A DNA stretch of 64,000 bases from Lama guanicoe. Its lineage: Eukaryota. Location: positions 3,185,371 through 3,249,370 of the forward strand of contig MU054338.1 in assembly GCA_013239625.1 (NCBI GenBank), in the 5' to 3' direction. Below are positions 38,361 to 50,205 of the stretch, in pieces; position 1 is the first letter of the stretch, and each line of letters begins with the position of its first letter. The position numbers and the translations under genes are program-made. A model generated the notes under the pieces. It saw only the letters and a program-made list of their open reading frames with translations. It was not told the origin of the DNA and searched no databases.

Positions 38361-41300
38361 GGGGAGGAAAATTTGCTCTAGGACACGGGGTTGACAAATT
38401 TTTTTCTGTAAAGAGCCTGATAATAAATGTCTTACACTTTACAGGCCACATACAGTATTTGTCATATATTATTCTTTTTTAACCACAACTCAGAGTTAAA
38501 ACATAGAGATTTTAACATCGTGGCAAAACCCAGAGATCTGTATGCCCCCTACACATAGATCTATGAAAGAGAAAGAAGTTCCATGAAATAATGCTCATCC
38601 TTGCTACGTGTCTGCTGATAATTTCCATCTTACTCTATTCTACTCAGTTTATTTGTTTAAAAAATGTTGGTTGGACCCTCTGGACTTATTTTCCTGTTAT
38701 TTCTAGCCTACTTCCTCTATTCTATTCTATTATTTTGTTTTATATAAAACAAAAATGTTGTAACTCACCAAACTAATTTTTCCTGGTAATTTCTATTTTA
38801 TTTTACTCATTCAATACTGTTCTATTCAGCCCTACACATCGGTTTTATAAAAACAAACTTTGTTGCAACCCACTAGATGTATATTTTCTAGCACATTCTA
38901 TTCTGTTCTTTCATTTAAAACATTAACCACCAAATGGACTTTTTCTAATGGTTTCTATTTAACTTATTTTATTCTCTGTTCAATTTTCATATTTTATATT
39001 AAAAACAACATTTGCAACCCATAAAAATTGATTTTTTTCTGACTTTTTAAATTTTGGTCTTGCCTCTTCTTCCATTTTGGAAAAATATGCTTTGCAACCT
39101 ACTAAATGGATTTTGAACCCCACTAATGGGTCATGACCCAAGGTTTGAAAAACATTGTTCCCGATCCAGTGCCTTTCCTCTGCAGACCTGGAGCCGACCC
39201 CTGACCCCTTTGACCTCACCTCCTGCCCTCTGCCTCTGGCCCTTGCCTATCTTCAGCATCCCTACACTTCCCTTCCTCTGTGGAAGGCTAATTGCAGGCC
39301 ACTTCATTCTAAACTCCTCCAGTCTTATTCGAAAATTCGCCGCATGCGTTAGGACCCTGCAGCCTCTAAGGGACTCGCTGCCCTAACTCAAGACCGAGCC
39401 GGTAGTTCCGTCCTGGTCCTGAAGGAGGTGCCAAGAGACATTCGTGGTGGTCCAGCAGAGACCCCACGCAGGCAGGGTGGCCAAAGGGCCCTGATCTCCA
39501 GGGATGTTGGGGTACAAACTTAACATCGATTTTCTGGATCTAGGAGTTTCTTGGGACCCCCTATATTCCCTTGGCATATCCGAAACTTTGAGGGGATTCA
39601 TTCAGTCAAGCAGTATTGACTTGCATCAACGTGGTGCCAAGTTCAAGGCAAAATCCATGGCAGGGGAGACCAACACAGCTCCTGCTCTGGTCAGGGAGAT
39701 GGATACATTTGTAAATAGCACATTTCTGATAGAGACAGTGGTGAGGCTGTGGCGAGGGAGTAACGGGAGTAACGGGAGTCGGGGTGGGGGACTCCCTGAG
39801 ACTTGATAGTTAGAAAACGTCTTTGGGACAAGTCCTCTACCCAGTGGTACTGCCTGTTAGAAGAGGCAATGGGTCATATCTTTCAAAATTATAAATGTGC
39901 AGAGGGAGAAGGGGGTGTGGAGAAGCTGGAACCCTCGTGCACGGCTGGTTGGAATGTAAAATGCGGCAGCCATGGTGGAGAGGAGTCTAGCTCTTCAACG
40001 AAATGTGAAGCCTAGAGTTACCATCTGTCCCAGCAGTTCCACTCACAGGCATCTACCCCAGAGAAATGAACAGCTATGCCTACACAGAAACCTGGACGAC
40101 GTATGTTTGTAGCACCATGATTCATAATAACCAAGACGTGGAAACTAACATCCATCAAGAGATGAATAGATACACAAAGCATGCTCCATCCCTGTACTGG
40201 AATACGACTCATGCTTCAAAAGGAACGAAGCCCTGACACTACAATGTGGATGAACCTTGAAAACATGATATTCGGTGGAATAAGCCAGACCCAAACGGCC
40301 ACATGGTGTATGATTCCATTTATATGAAATGTCCAGCCCAGACAAATCCACGGAGACAAAGAGTGGATGGATGAGGTGTAGCCAGGGACTAGGGGAGGGG
40401 ACAGGGAGGTTTGCGGGTGACAGCTAAGGGCTTCAAGATTTCTTTGGTGAGGTATAAAAATGTTCTAAAACTGACTGTAGTGATGGCTGCACAGCTCTGT
40501 GAACACACTAAAAGCCACTGATCATTTTAAACGGGTGAATTACAAGCTATGGGAAGTGCATCTCAGTAAAGATGTTAAAAAAAAAGTAGAAAGGGAAAAG
40601 TTTTGCTCCTCCCCCGCTCTCCTCCCAAGGGGCAGTGTCTTTGTCAGTTTCTCTGGTCCCTGGAAAGAGACGTTTGTTTGCTACACCTGCAAGGAAGTGC
40701 CTGCTTTTCTTGTTTTTACCACCAACGGCGCAGGCCAGACATACTGCTCTGAACTTGGCTTTACTCATTCAACCCGGTCACTTGGAGATGCGGAGCTGCC
40801 TCAGTCTGTCTCTGTCTCTGTCTGTCTCTGCTGTGTCTATAGAGTTTACCTCTGACTGTGTACTGCTACCTTAATTCCCTTAGCAACAGAAGTTTAAGCT
40901 GTTTCCAATTTCTTGCCACTACAGACAGTGCAGTGAGATGTCATTGCACACACATGTGAAAGGATAGAAGTAGGAGAATTTTCTAGAAGGGAAGTGGCTG
41001 GGGCATAGTGGATATTCATTTTAGTTTAGCTAGATATGGCTAAACTGCCCTCCATGGGGGTTGTGGCAGGACATCAGGCCATGAGCAATGCAGGTGACTG
41101 AAGATGTGGCTCTCGAACAAAGATCTGAAGGAAGAAGGGAAAGGCTAGGAAAGTCATACACAATGTTCTGGGCAGTAGGCACAACCTGTGCAAAGGCCCT
41201 GGGGCAGGTCCATGCCTGATGTGAGCAACAGTGAGGAGGCCTGTTTGGCTGGAACAGAGTGAGCAAGGGGGACAGAAGGGGGAGGTGAAGGCAGGGAGGG

Positions 41301-42948
41301 GACAGGGACATGTCGTGCAGGGCCCTGTGGGCCACGAGGAGAACTTGGGCTTTTACCCCAAGGGAGGTGGGAACCCTGGAAGGCAGAGGAGGGTCATCGC
41401 CTGATTCCCTTTGGCTGCTTTGAGAAAGACAGGCTTTGGAGGTCAAGACTCTACCTCTACTTGGACCAGAGAATTACCTCTGCCCTAGTCCACCAGCTCC
41501 TGTCCTCACCCTACCCCTAATAATCTGATTAAAACAAGACTGGGTAGTTGAAAAAATACTGTATTCTGATACTCTTAAAATGTATCTGTAATAACTCCCT
41601 TTGCTGCTGTCATAGTGATTTGAGTTCTTCCCACTTATCAGGCATCTCCTGTGTGAAGACATTGTGCTGAGTGCTGTGCACTCTTCACAAGCACCCATGG
41701 AAGAAAGTGTTATTATTATTTCCATTGTACAGATGGAGACAGCTGAGGCTCTGGGAGGTGCTGTTAATTGCCCAAGGCCGTTGGCTAATGAAGTGTCTGG
41801 CCACAGAGATCTCAAGCCAGGTCTGGTCCCAACTCCTGCCCTGTGCCCCCTGTATTCTAGATTAGCTTTCAGGGGAGGGCTGGAGAAGGGAGCTTGCCTG
41901 TTCAAGGTCACACAGGAAGCAGGTGGCCAAGCAGGCTTTGGGCTCAGGTCTGTTCACTTCAGGGCTGATTCACCCCTCTAAACATCTCATCCCCTGGAAC
42001 CTTGTTCCCCTGAGCTCAGCTGGGTTAGAGATGATCCTTGTTACACAGGTAAGACTACTGGAGGCGGCAGCAGCAGTGACAAGATTGGTGGAGCATAAAT
42101 ATTGTGGGGCCACCCCACCGCTTGTGCCAGGCACTGGGCAAGGCCCTGGAACTGTGTCAAGTCTACTCACTGCTCTTTCTGAGACCTAGGCGGCAGGTAC
42201 CACCTCTATGCCCATTTGACAGGTGAGGAAATAGAGGCACAGAGAGGCAACATCGCTAGCAGAAGGTCACACAGCAGGTGGATGGGGACGCTGGGATTTT
42301 AACGTGGACCTGGAAAACTAAAATGCCAGCCCTCTCTGCCACCACACTCTGGGTCCCTGGGGAGGTGAAGTGACTTTGGCCAACAGAACTCCACCCTCCC
42401 GGACTTCCGCCTCTGCAAAGCCGTCTAAAATTCTCTGCTCAGGTGACCCATGCCACTGTCCCTTCCTTCCCCTGGGACAGAGGCCACCTCTTTTCCTTTC
42501 TTTGTGGTAGGGTTCACCATTTCCATTATCAAAGTTCCCGGAGAGTCACCCAATGCCGAGGACTCTCAGCTCAGGAGGTCACAGTGGGGCCTCTGCTTGC
42601 TCTTGATTTACCATGGGGTCTAGGACATTTGAGGCCCTGGGCAGCATCCCTGGACCCTGCCCCTTCAATGCCACTGCTCTCCCTTCCCAGTTGTGACACC
42701 CACAAATGTCTCCAGACATCACCCAGTGTCCCCTGTGGGAATCACAGAATCACCCCAGTTGAGAGCCACTGGCTTTGCTCCTGCCCTAGTTTCTGATTCA
42801 CCTTTCGTGAACTCTCTGGGCAGGAGGAGCAGCTCACACCTTCCCTTCTTCTGGGTCGGGGCTTTCTCTGTCCCCTGCCCACCCGCCTCCCTCTGCCTCC
42901 AGGGAGCTTTGAGGACAAGCCCTCCCCCCACTCCTCCTGCATCACTAC

Positions 42949-43154
42949 CTGCGGTAGGTTTTCTGCGTGGAAATCTGAAGTCCCTTGAACCAACAAGTAC
43001 ATTCGCTTCTTGGCTAGAATGTGCTCCCGGCCCATGCAGAAGGCCTGCACGAAGTAAAAGACATGGCCGATTTTGCTGGCGAAGGTAGAAGGGAGCCTGG
43101 GAGGTAAGTTGAAATGGAAGTCAAAGGTGTGGCTGCCTGCACTTAACCAATTAT
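42949..43154 (-). CDS. ARRDC5: ARRDC5 exon 2 ([25 protein letters not shown]...HAENLPQ)
   Basis: 206 nt, tttcag acceptor, CAG|GTAGTG donor; alpha-arrestin G-H-F-F-F-LP--LPSTF motif. Confidence 0.95.
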
Positions 43155-44355
43155 CTGAAAGCAAAACACACCAATGCCATCAGAAGGTTCTAGAATCTTT
43201 TTTTCCCTCTCTCTTTGTCTATTGTCTTGATGAGGGTTGTTCTGTATCTGGCCTGTCTGTCCTGGAGCTAGGCTGAGCTATGTGATCTTAGGGACCGATA
43301 AAGCCTAGGCCCATAAACATTAGGCCTCAGCTGGGCTGTAGAGGGCGGCCCTGGGTGGGTGATGTGTCTGGGATGGTCACCCCGGACCACCAACCTGGAC
43401 TTGCTCATCCCTGCTTGGGGCCAGGGAAACTGGAGGTCCTGCCTGCATGGTTTGTTCACACATTCATTCAACAGACACATCTTGGGGCTGGATTGTGTGC
43501 CAGAGGCTGTTTTAGGCAGTGTTTACAGCAGTGAGCAAGGCAGGCAAATCTCCCTGCGCTCTCAGAGGCTTGGCCTTCGGTGCACGGCATACAGTAGGTG
43601 CTTAGTATTTGTTTGAGGCTGATGCTTCTGAGGGGCAGTGATGCTTCTCTCGGAAATGGGGAAGGGTGGTATCTGATGCTGTAGGTAGTGTTGGGCGGGG
43701 GAGTGTTTTGGTTGAAAGAACTAACACTTATCATGCACTTACTATATACCCCCTCCTATTCTAAGCGCTCTACATGCCATTAGGTTGTTATGTCTTCAAG
43801 ACAATCTTAGGAGGCAGGCCTTTTTCCTATTCCCATTCTCCAGATGGGTTAACTGGGACACAGAGAGGTGGCTGAATTGCTGAGTATGAGGGCCCAGCTT
43901 AGGTATCTGCAAGGCTGGTATCTCTTGTATCACTCATATGTGAGCTCATAAGTCATCTCTTTGAAGAGACCTTCCCTGACTACCCTCTCAAAATTGAAAA
44001 AGTCTAAAATTAAACTTTGTTTAGCCAACCATTGGCCAAGTGTTCTGCTTGACTGTAGACTACCTGGAGACACCCCCAAAAACACATTTTGGAAAGGACA
44101 TCTCAGGCTCCCTGATGTCTGTCCAGCCCTGAGATCTGAATGTGGCAGAGTTGGGGTCTAGTTATTCTTTCCCTTGAAGATCTCTCCTGGTCGTCCGCCT
44201 CCTATCTCTTTCCTTGTGACCACAGGAACCAAGCCTCTGCCTGTTTCTGGTATCCCTAGAGGTTTGTTGGTTTGTTGATTGACTAACAGATGTGTTTACC
44301 TTCCCAGATCCAGGTTCTTATTATGGCTAGGGTTGGCTGCCAGCCTCGTCCTTAC

Positions 44356-44608
44356 CCTCCACTGGGAACGTCTTTGTCTTGTGCACATAGTCGGCCTTGT
44401 TGTTGCAAATAACATCCCGGCTATAATCACGGGAGGCCCCAATTTCTTCATTCCACTCCACATAACCTCTTCCCACCAGTTCCACCTTCACTATGGGATG
44501 CACCAGGGTACTGTTCAGAGTTAGAACCACCTGCCCTTTTATGCTGGAGCCAGCCAGGTAGACTGCATCCTTGGGCAGCATTAATTCGATCGACTTCACC
44601 ACAGACAT
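44356..44608 (-). CDS. ARRDC5: ARRDC5 exon 1 coding part ([29 protein letters not shown]...KTKTFPVE)
   Basis: ATG at 44608, 253 nt, G|GTAAGG donor; arrestin N-domain. Confidence 0.94.
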
Positions 44609-44639
44609 GGGGGGTTGGGGTGGCAGAGAACCATCCTCC

Positions 44640-44720
44640 CCCCTCCCCCATGTCACTGAGATCCCCGGTTCCTTGGCCGCAGTGACATCACCTGTCTGTG
44701 ACATCATCCAGCCAGGGTTC
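44640..44720 (-). promoter_or_regulatory. ARRDC5 proximal promoter with tandem CRE-like sites
   Basis: GTGACATCAC 44682-44691 and GTGACATCAT 44698-44707; not a CpG island. Confidence 0.55.
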
Positions 44721-45929
44721 TGGGAAGGGGTTCCCAATGGCCATGATGGGTGGCAAGGTTGTTGTTTGGGGGTGGGCAATAGCTTGGGCATTTTAAAATC
44801 CTCAAGGAGCCCAGAGGGGTTTTCTGCCCCATCAGTTGGCCCCCAGTCACGGTGTGTACACCCCTCAGGGCTCATATATTAATACCTGGTCTGTGATTGT
44901 GAAGACAGTCATTTTCACTTTAATGGTTCTCTATTGATACCAGGCTGTGTTAGAAGGAAAACGGTAGCTACAGCCAGGATGTGAAATCTGCTGTGTCCTC
45001 AAGCTGTTCAGAGCACTGTGTGTCCCACCGAAACACAGACAGCATTGTGAAGCCCTATCTCCATGTCCCACTGACACGTGTCTTTATGCCTGCGTCTCCT
45101 CCATCTGATGGGAAATCCCTCTAGGGCGGGACTTTGTCTGCCAGATCTGGGGCCTGGTTCAGGCAAGGGAGGCCTATAAATGTTTGTTGAATGACTTCAT
45201 GACCTTCCAGTGTGAATCATTTTGCAAAAGGGAAATGGTTATTCCTGGTCCCCAGTTTGCAAGTGGGCGAGTGCCTAAGTGTGAGGGACACTGAAACAGA
45301 AGAGGCTCTACAAGTGTCTGTTCTCTAGACGCTGGTGGGCTTCACTGTCTTTGTTGTTTCTTGATTTATTTGCTGTGATGTCTTTTGTAGACACCGACAT
45401 CTTGTCTTCCCAACTGGTTGGTAAGTTTCTTTTGGAGATGCTTGGTCTAGTCTCTTGTTCATGTTTGTTAATGAACCCAACCAACCCTTCTGACTCTCTC
45501 AGAATGACTAGAGCAGTGGGGCCCTGCATCACCACTGCTCCAGTTCTTTCCTGCAGGGGAAACCAGACACCTCTTTCTGTGTCACTTAACCTCAGAGATC
45601 CAAGGAGCCTGGGCTGTGCCCTGCACAAAATGTCCATGAAGAAAACATGGTGTATTTCCTCTTTGGGCCAGGTTGGGTTTTTGCAACCACAGGGATAAAC
45701 ATAATATGCTTTCAACAGAAATAAGTCCAGTTCCTGGGGTAGGTGTCGTCAGTTCGGAAGATCTCATCTGCCTCTCAAGCTTGAGTAGGCCTGCTTGATA
45801 CCTGCTGACACCTGCGGTGTAGTCTCATCATGGCTGATGGTTGAGCATCTAGAAATGCATTCAGTCGTGTTGACGGAGTCTGGCAGGTGGAGAAATTTAA
45901 CAGTAGCCTCTGGACTTCACAGATTGGAG

Positions 45930-46392
45930 TGTGTTAGTTTCCTATGGCTGCTATAACAAATTACCACAAATTCCGTGCCTTAAAACAACACAAATTAACT
46001 TTCTTACAGTTCTGGAGGTCAGAAGTCTGAAAGGGGTTTTTAGGGGCTAAAATCAAGGTTCTGGCAGGACTGAGCTCTAGGGGTCTAGGAGAGACTCCCT
46101 TGTCTTTCCCAGCCTCTAGAGGCTTCCCCGCATTCCTTGCCTCTTGGACTCATCACTGTAACCTTCCACTGTCACTTTTCCCCTCACTGGACCCTCCCAC
46201 CTCTCTCTTTCACTTATTAGGACCCTTGTGATGACATCAGGCCAGCCCAGATAATCTAGGTTAATCTCCCCATTTTACGATCTTGAGTTTAATCCCATCT
46301 GCAAAGTCCCTTTTGCCATGGAAGGTACTATATTCACAGGCTCCAGGGATGATGGTGTGGACATCTTTAGGGGACCATTCATCTGTCTACCA
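45930..46392 (-). mobile_element. MLT1 (MaLR) solo LTR
   Basis: tgtgttagtttcctatggctgctataacaaattaccacaa...ttctggaggtcagaagtctgaaa. Confidence 0.8.
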
Positions 46393-47669
46393 ACCAGGGG
46401 AAATCAAAGCAGAAGCAGTGCCAAGATAGAAGAAACTCTACATGTTGTCAGAGAACCCTTGTAAAAACATAAATTGGAGCTCACCACTTTTCTGCTCACA
46501 GCCCTCCCATGCTACCCATGGCTCTCAAAAGAAAGACCAAAGTCCCCCGGGTGGCCTGCGAGGTCTTATACGACACCCCTTTGACCTCATCCGCTCCCGC
46601 CCTCCTCTTTGCCCCGTCCGTCTGGCTACACTGGCCTCCTTGCTGCTCTTCTTACATTTCTAAGCCTTTTCCGGCCTCTAAGTTTGCTCTTCCCTCCTCG
46701 ACTCCTCTGTCCTTGGTTTCTCATCTCAGATCTCAGCTCAAATGTCATCTGCTCAGAGAGGCCCACCTCTCCAGCACAACTAGAATATCCTCTCACCCCA
46801 CCCCCAACATGACTGCTGGTCACTCTCCACCTATTGTCCTGTCTTCATTGCACACGTGGTATCTGAAATGATTTGCTTTATTTATTCATTTCTTGCCTGT
46901 CTCCTGGGATAAGAATTTAACCTTCGGGAGACCACTAACAGGATCAGCCTTGCCCACTGTTGGGCTCTCAGCTCAGAGTACCTTGTCCGGTCACTTTGGA
47001 GATGACCAGCGAGGATCACTGTGTGCCCGCCAAGACTGGCCAGAACGGAGCAGGCAGGGCAGGGGGGCAGGGCAGCCCTGCCGGCCTGGACAGCCAGAAG
47101 GCGGGAAAACGAGGCGGGAAAAACCAGCAAACAAGCCCTGCGATGGGTAGGGTGGGGAACTCTGGCGGGCTCTGACGCTAGGAAATGGGGCTGGGGCATC
47201 AGGCCTGTCATCGGGGTGCAGGCGGTCTCCTGGGGGGCCGCCCCAAATTCTCCTGCAGAATTTAGACATTGATTCCTGCTTTCCTTGCCCTACCTGTCAA
47301 TGAACGCCTGGTGAGAGGGGCTGATGGAACAGACTTAGGAGATCAGGGGGTCTCTACCCTGGGAAGGGTCCTTGCCTCGGGGTGGGGGGGGTCCCTAGGG
47401 CTCCTGGAGGGCACGCTTAGTGGGGGGCCCAGGTCCCGCCACCGGCCCCGTTGCACACTGGGCGCGCCCAACAGAGCGCGCAGGGCTGGGCGGGGCCGTG
47501 GCCCGCTGGGCGGAGTGTGGGGGGTTGGACAGAGGCGGGGGCGCCCCCCACCCCCTTTCTCGCTTCCCGCCACTGAGGCGGCCAATCACCAGGCAGGCGC
47601 CCGCCCCCGGCGCGGCCTCCAGTGGCCCCGCAACTCCCAAACGCCGAGTTTTCGCGGGAAAAAAATCAG

Positions 47670-47821
47670 AGCAGCTGGCAGCGCGGCGGGCAGTGCTGGC
47701 CGTCCGGGCGCTCGGGATCACACGCACGTCCGCGCGGGGTCCCGACCACGCACGCGGCTACTTTGCTATTCCCAGAACGGTCGGCGCGCAGGCAGGCAAG
47801 TGGATCCGGACGGTTGGAGAG
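47670..47821 (+). other. UHRF1: UHRF1 non-coding first exon (1a)
   Basis: GAG|GTGAGC donor at 47821/47822; sequence resembles the human UHRF1 5'UTR as recalled (GTCCGCGCGGGGTCC...CCACGCACGCGG...GGCGCGCAGGCAG); start approximate. Confidence 0.8.
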
Positions 47822-48289
47822 GTGAGCTGCCAGGCGGATCGGGGTGCCAGCCCTGGCTGGGGGCGTGTGTGTGTGTGTGGGAGAACCCGGCGCACCCGGC
47901 GTGTTAACTTTGCAAAACCTTCTGAAGAGGTCGGGTACGCTCGGTCAGCACGGGCGCACGCGTGCACTGCGCTAGGGCTGCCTTACACGCGGTCTTAGGC
48001 ACTACCTCTCGCCTGGCCGGCCCTTGGCGGTCGCCCCTGGCAGTCGGGGCTCAGGCAGGGGCGAGCGGAACATCCCCCGCGCCCAGCGGGGGTCGCCCTG
48101 GCTGGGTGGGGGAGGGCCCGGCCAGCCGCGGGGGAGGATGTCAGGCTCCGCGCCTGCGCGCGGGGCGCCCCGCGATTCAATTGTCGCGCCCGAGCCTGAT
48201 TTCGCGCGCCCTTAGTTCCCCGGGCGCGTCTGGGCCAATAGGGGGCGAGCAGGGCGGGGCGGCCGGACGCGGCAGAACCAGTGAGTGAA

Positions 48290-48473
48290 GCGGCTCAAGT
48301 GAAAGGGGGCGGGACTTGGCGCGCGGGCCCCTCGGCCGGTCCCGGCGGTGGGGGTGGGCGTGGGCTCGCTGGCGTGGCCCGCGCGGGCGGGCGGGAGGAG
48401 GAGAGGGGCTCCGGGGCGGTGCGTGGGGGTCCGGGGAACGCAAGCCAGCGCGCGGGGCGGCCGTGGGGCCGAG
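48290..48473 (+). other. UHRF1: Candidate alternative non-coding first exon (1b) of UHRF1
   Basis: Consensus donor GAG|GTGAGT at 48473/48474 downstream of a second E2F/CCAAT/GC-box cluster; start approximate. Confidence 0.55.
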
Positions 48474-49146
48474 GTGAGTAGCGCCGCGCGCTCGGGGGTG
48501 GCCGGGACGGGGCGGTCGGTTGCCATGGCCACCGCGGGGCCTACCGCGTCGCGCACGCGCGCGGGGGGGCGGCGGGGGGCAGCAGGCACCCGGGGTCGGG
48601 AGCTCCTGGGTCTTGGGTGGGGTCCTTACTCTTCAGTCACACTCATTTGAGTTCCCTGGGACTTCTGAAGTTCCAACCTGAGCCGAACTTTTGGATTTCT
48701 CTGTTGCAACAGTATTAATTCAGGGAATGAATGAATGAATGAATGAACAAACTCGGCCCCTCATCGTTTGGCTGTGTCCCCCTTCCTCCTCTGGACGTTG
48801 GTATTTTGTTTTGTTTTGTTTTCCTCTTCTCTGCAACGCAGGGTGGGCTGACTGAGTGGTCCCAGATGCCTTTTGCTCTCCCCTAGTTGCCCCTCCCTAC
48901 TCAATCCTCCACCCGTGTTAGTCATTAATGCATTAACTCCTCAATTCACTGGGCCAGGCCCTGGGCCTGCTTTGGCAGTGTATGGGGATTAGGGAGCCTG
49001 GAGGGCGTTCTGGGAGTTTCCTGATACCCGCAGTCTGGACAATAGCAAGGATGACCTGAGTATGGCTCGGCCTGGTGGTGGTGGTGGTGACCACAGAACT
49101 GACCTAGGGGTCCCGCTCTCTCCCCTTCTCAGCACCAGCAGACACC

Positions 49147-49299
49147 ATGTGGCTCAAGGTTCGCACCATGGACGGGAAAGAGGCCCATATTGTGAGCTCC
49201 CTGTCCAGGCTGACCAAGGTGGAAGAGCTGAGGAAGAAGATTGAGGAGCTTTTCAACGTGGAGCCAGGCCTGCAGAGGCTTTTCTACAGGGGCAAGCAG
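49147..49299 (+). CDS. UHRF1: UHRF1 first coding exon, UBL domain N-part ([31 protein letters not shown]...RLFYRGKQ); exon begins 49133
   Basis: GACACCATG Kozak context, 153 nt, CAG|GTAAAC donor, ttctcag acceptor. Confidence 0.96.
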
Positions 49300-50205
49300 G
49301 TAAACCCGCCCTGCAGGCTGCCTGCCCGCCCGCCCGCCCAGCACCTGTGTCCTTGCCTCATCCAGGCACCGCACACACACTCTTCCCGCCTTGTCCGGTC
49401 CGCTTCTCCACAGAAACCTCCAATGCCTGAGCAAGGAACAAAGGCTCGACTGGTAGACTGACACACTGGGCAGGCAGCCGGCACCCGAATCGACTGCATT
49501 TGGGGGCTTTGAAACTCCCAGCCCCCCCTCCTTTTTTTTTTGAAGCTCCCCTCAAAATAAGTTTCTAGATAAAAGAAGTTGGAGGTGGTTCATGGAGGGC
49601 TGATGAATTTCGAGGAAGAGCCTAGAATGATTACTTAGACACTAAGATGGAAGGGACTGGTTCTTTCTTTGAAACACACAGCGATGGTTCACTGTCTGCA
49701 CCTTCTTAGCTTCCGACCCCCACAGGGTTTTCTAGGTATTTGGATCAGCTCCTTCAGGGTCGGAGATGGCGCTTGCTAATCAGGAATTTCCGCCACTCTG
49801 GGCCTGCTCTCTGGCGGTGGCGGTGGGGCTGCCCCTGAACAGGGGATTGAGTTTTCTGCCAGCCCTGCCCCTCTCTCTCCTTTCTTTGAGATTCCCCCGC
49901 CCCCACCTCTGTAGCAATTTAAAACGGCCACCCTTGCTTTATTGGCTGCCCACTTGGGGGATGCTTTCTCCAGTGGCATCCCCGGGCAGTTTCCATTTCT
50001 GTTGGTGTCTTGTGGTGGGGGTGGGTTATGAGCGGGATTTCCCTCAGTGGGAGAAGATGTGCCCAGAAAGTGGGGGTCCTGTCCGCCGGAGTCGTCCTGG
50101 AGTTGGGCGCGCCGTGGGGACCTCTGTGTAGAGACTACACTAGATTAAAAGTGTTCAGTCGGGCTCTCTGCCCGACTTTGTTGTTGTCGCGTTTTGAACT
50201 GGGTA

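Larger units (their letters stand above)
47350..48610 (+). promoter_or_regulatory. UHRF1 CpG island promoter (E2F, CCAAT, GC boxes)
   Basis: Very high CpG/GC; CCAAT 47582-47586 and 48235-48239; TTTTCGCGGGAAAA 47649-47662; TTTCGCGC 48200-48207. Confidence 0.92.

Noticed and set aside
44609..44875. 89-codon in-frame N-terminal extension of ARRDC5 in the ORF track
   Set aside because: Runs through promoter-like sequence with no arrestin similarity; the 328-aa product from 44608 fits the known protein
47269..48650. Several 100-210 aa ORFs
   Set aside because: By-product of stop-codon depletion in the CpG island
48925..48936. 12-bp palindrome TTAATGCATTAA in UHRF1 intron 1
   Set aside because: Palindromes of this length are expected by chance in 64 kb; no supporting context
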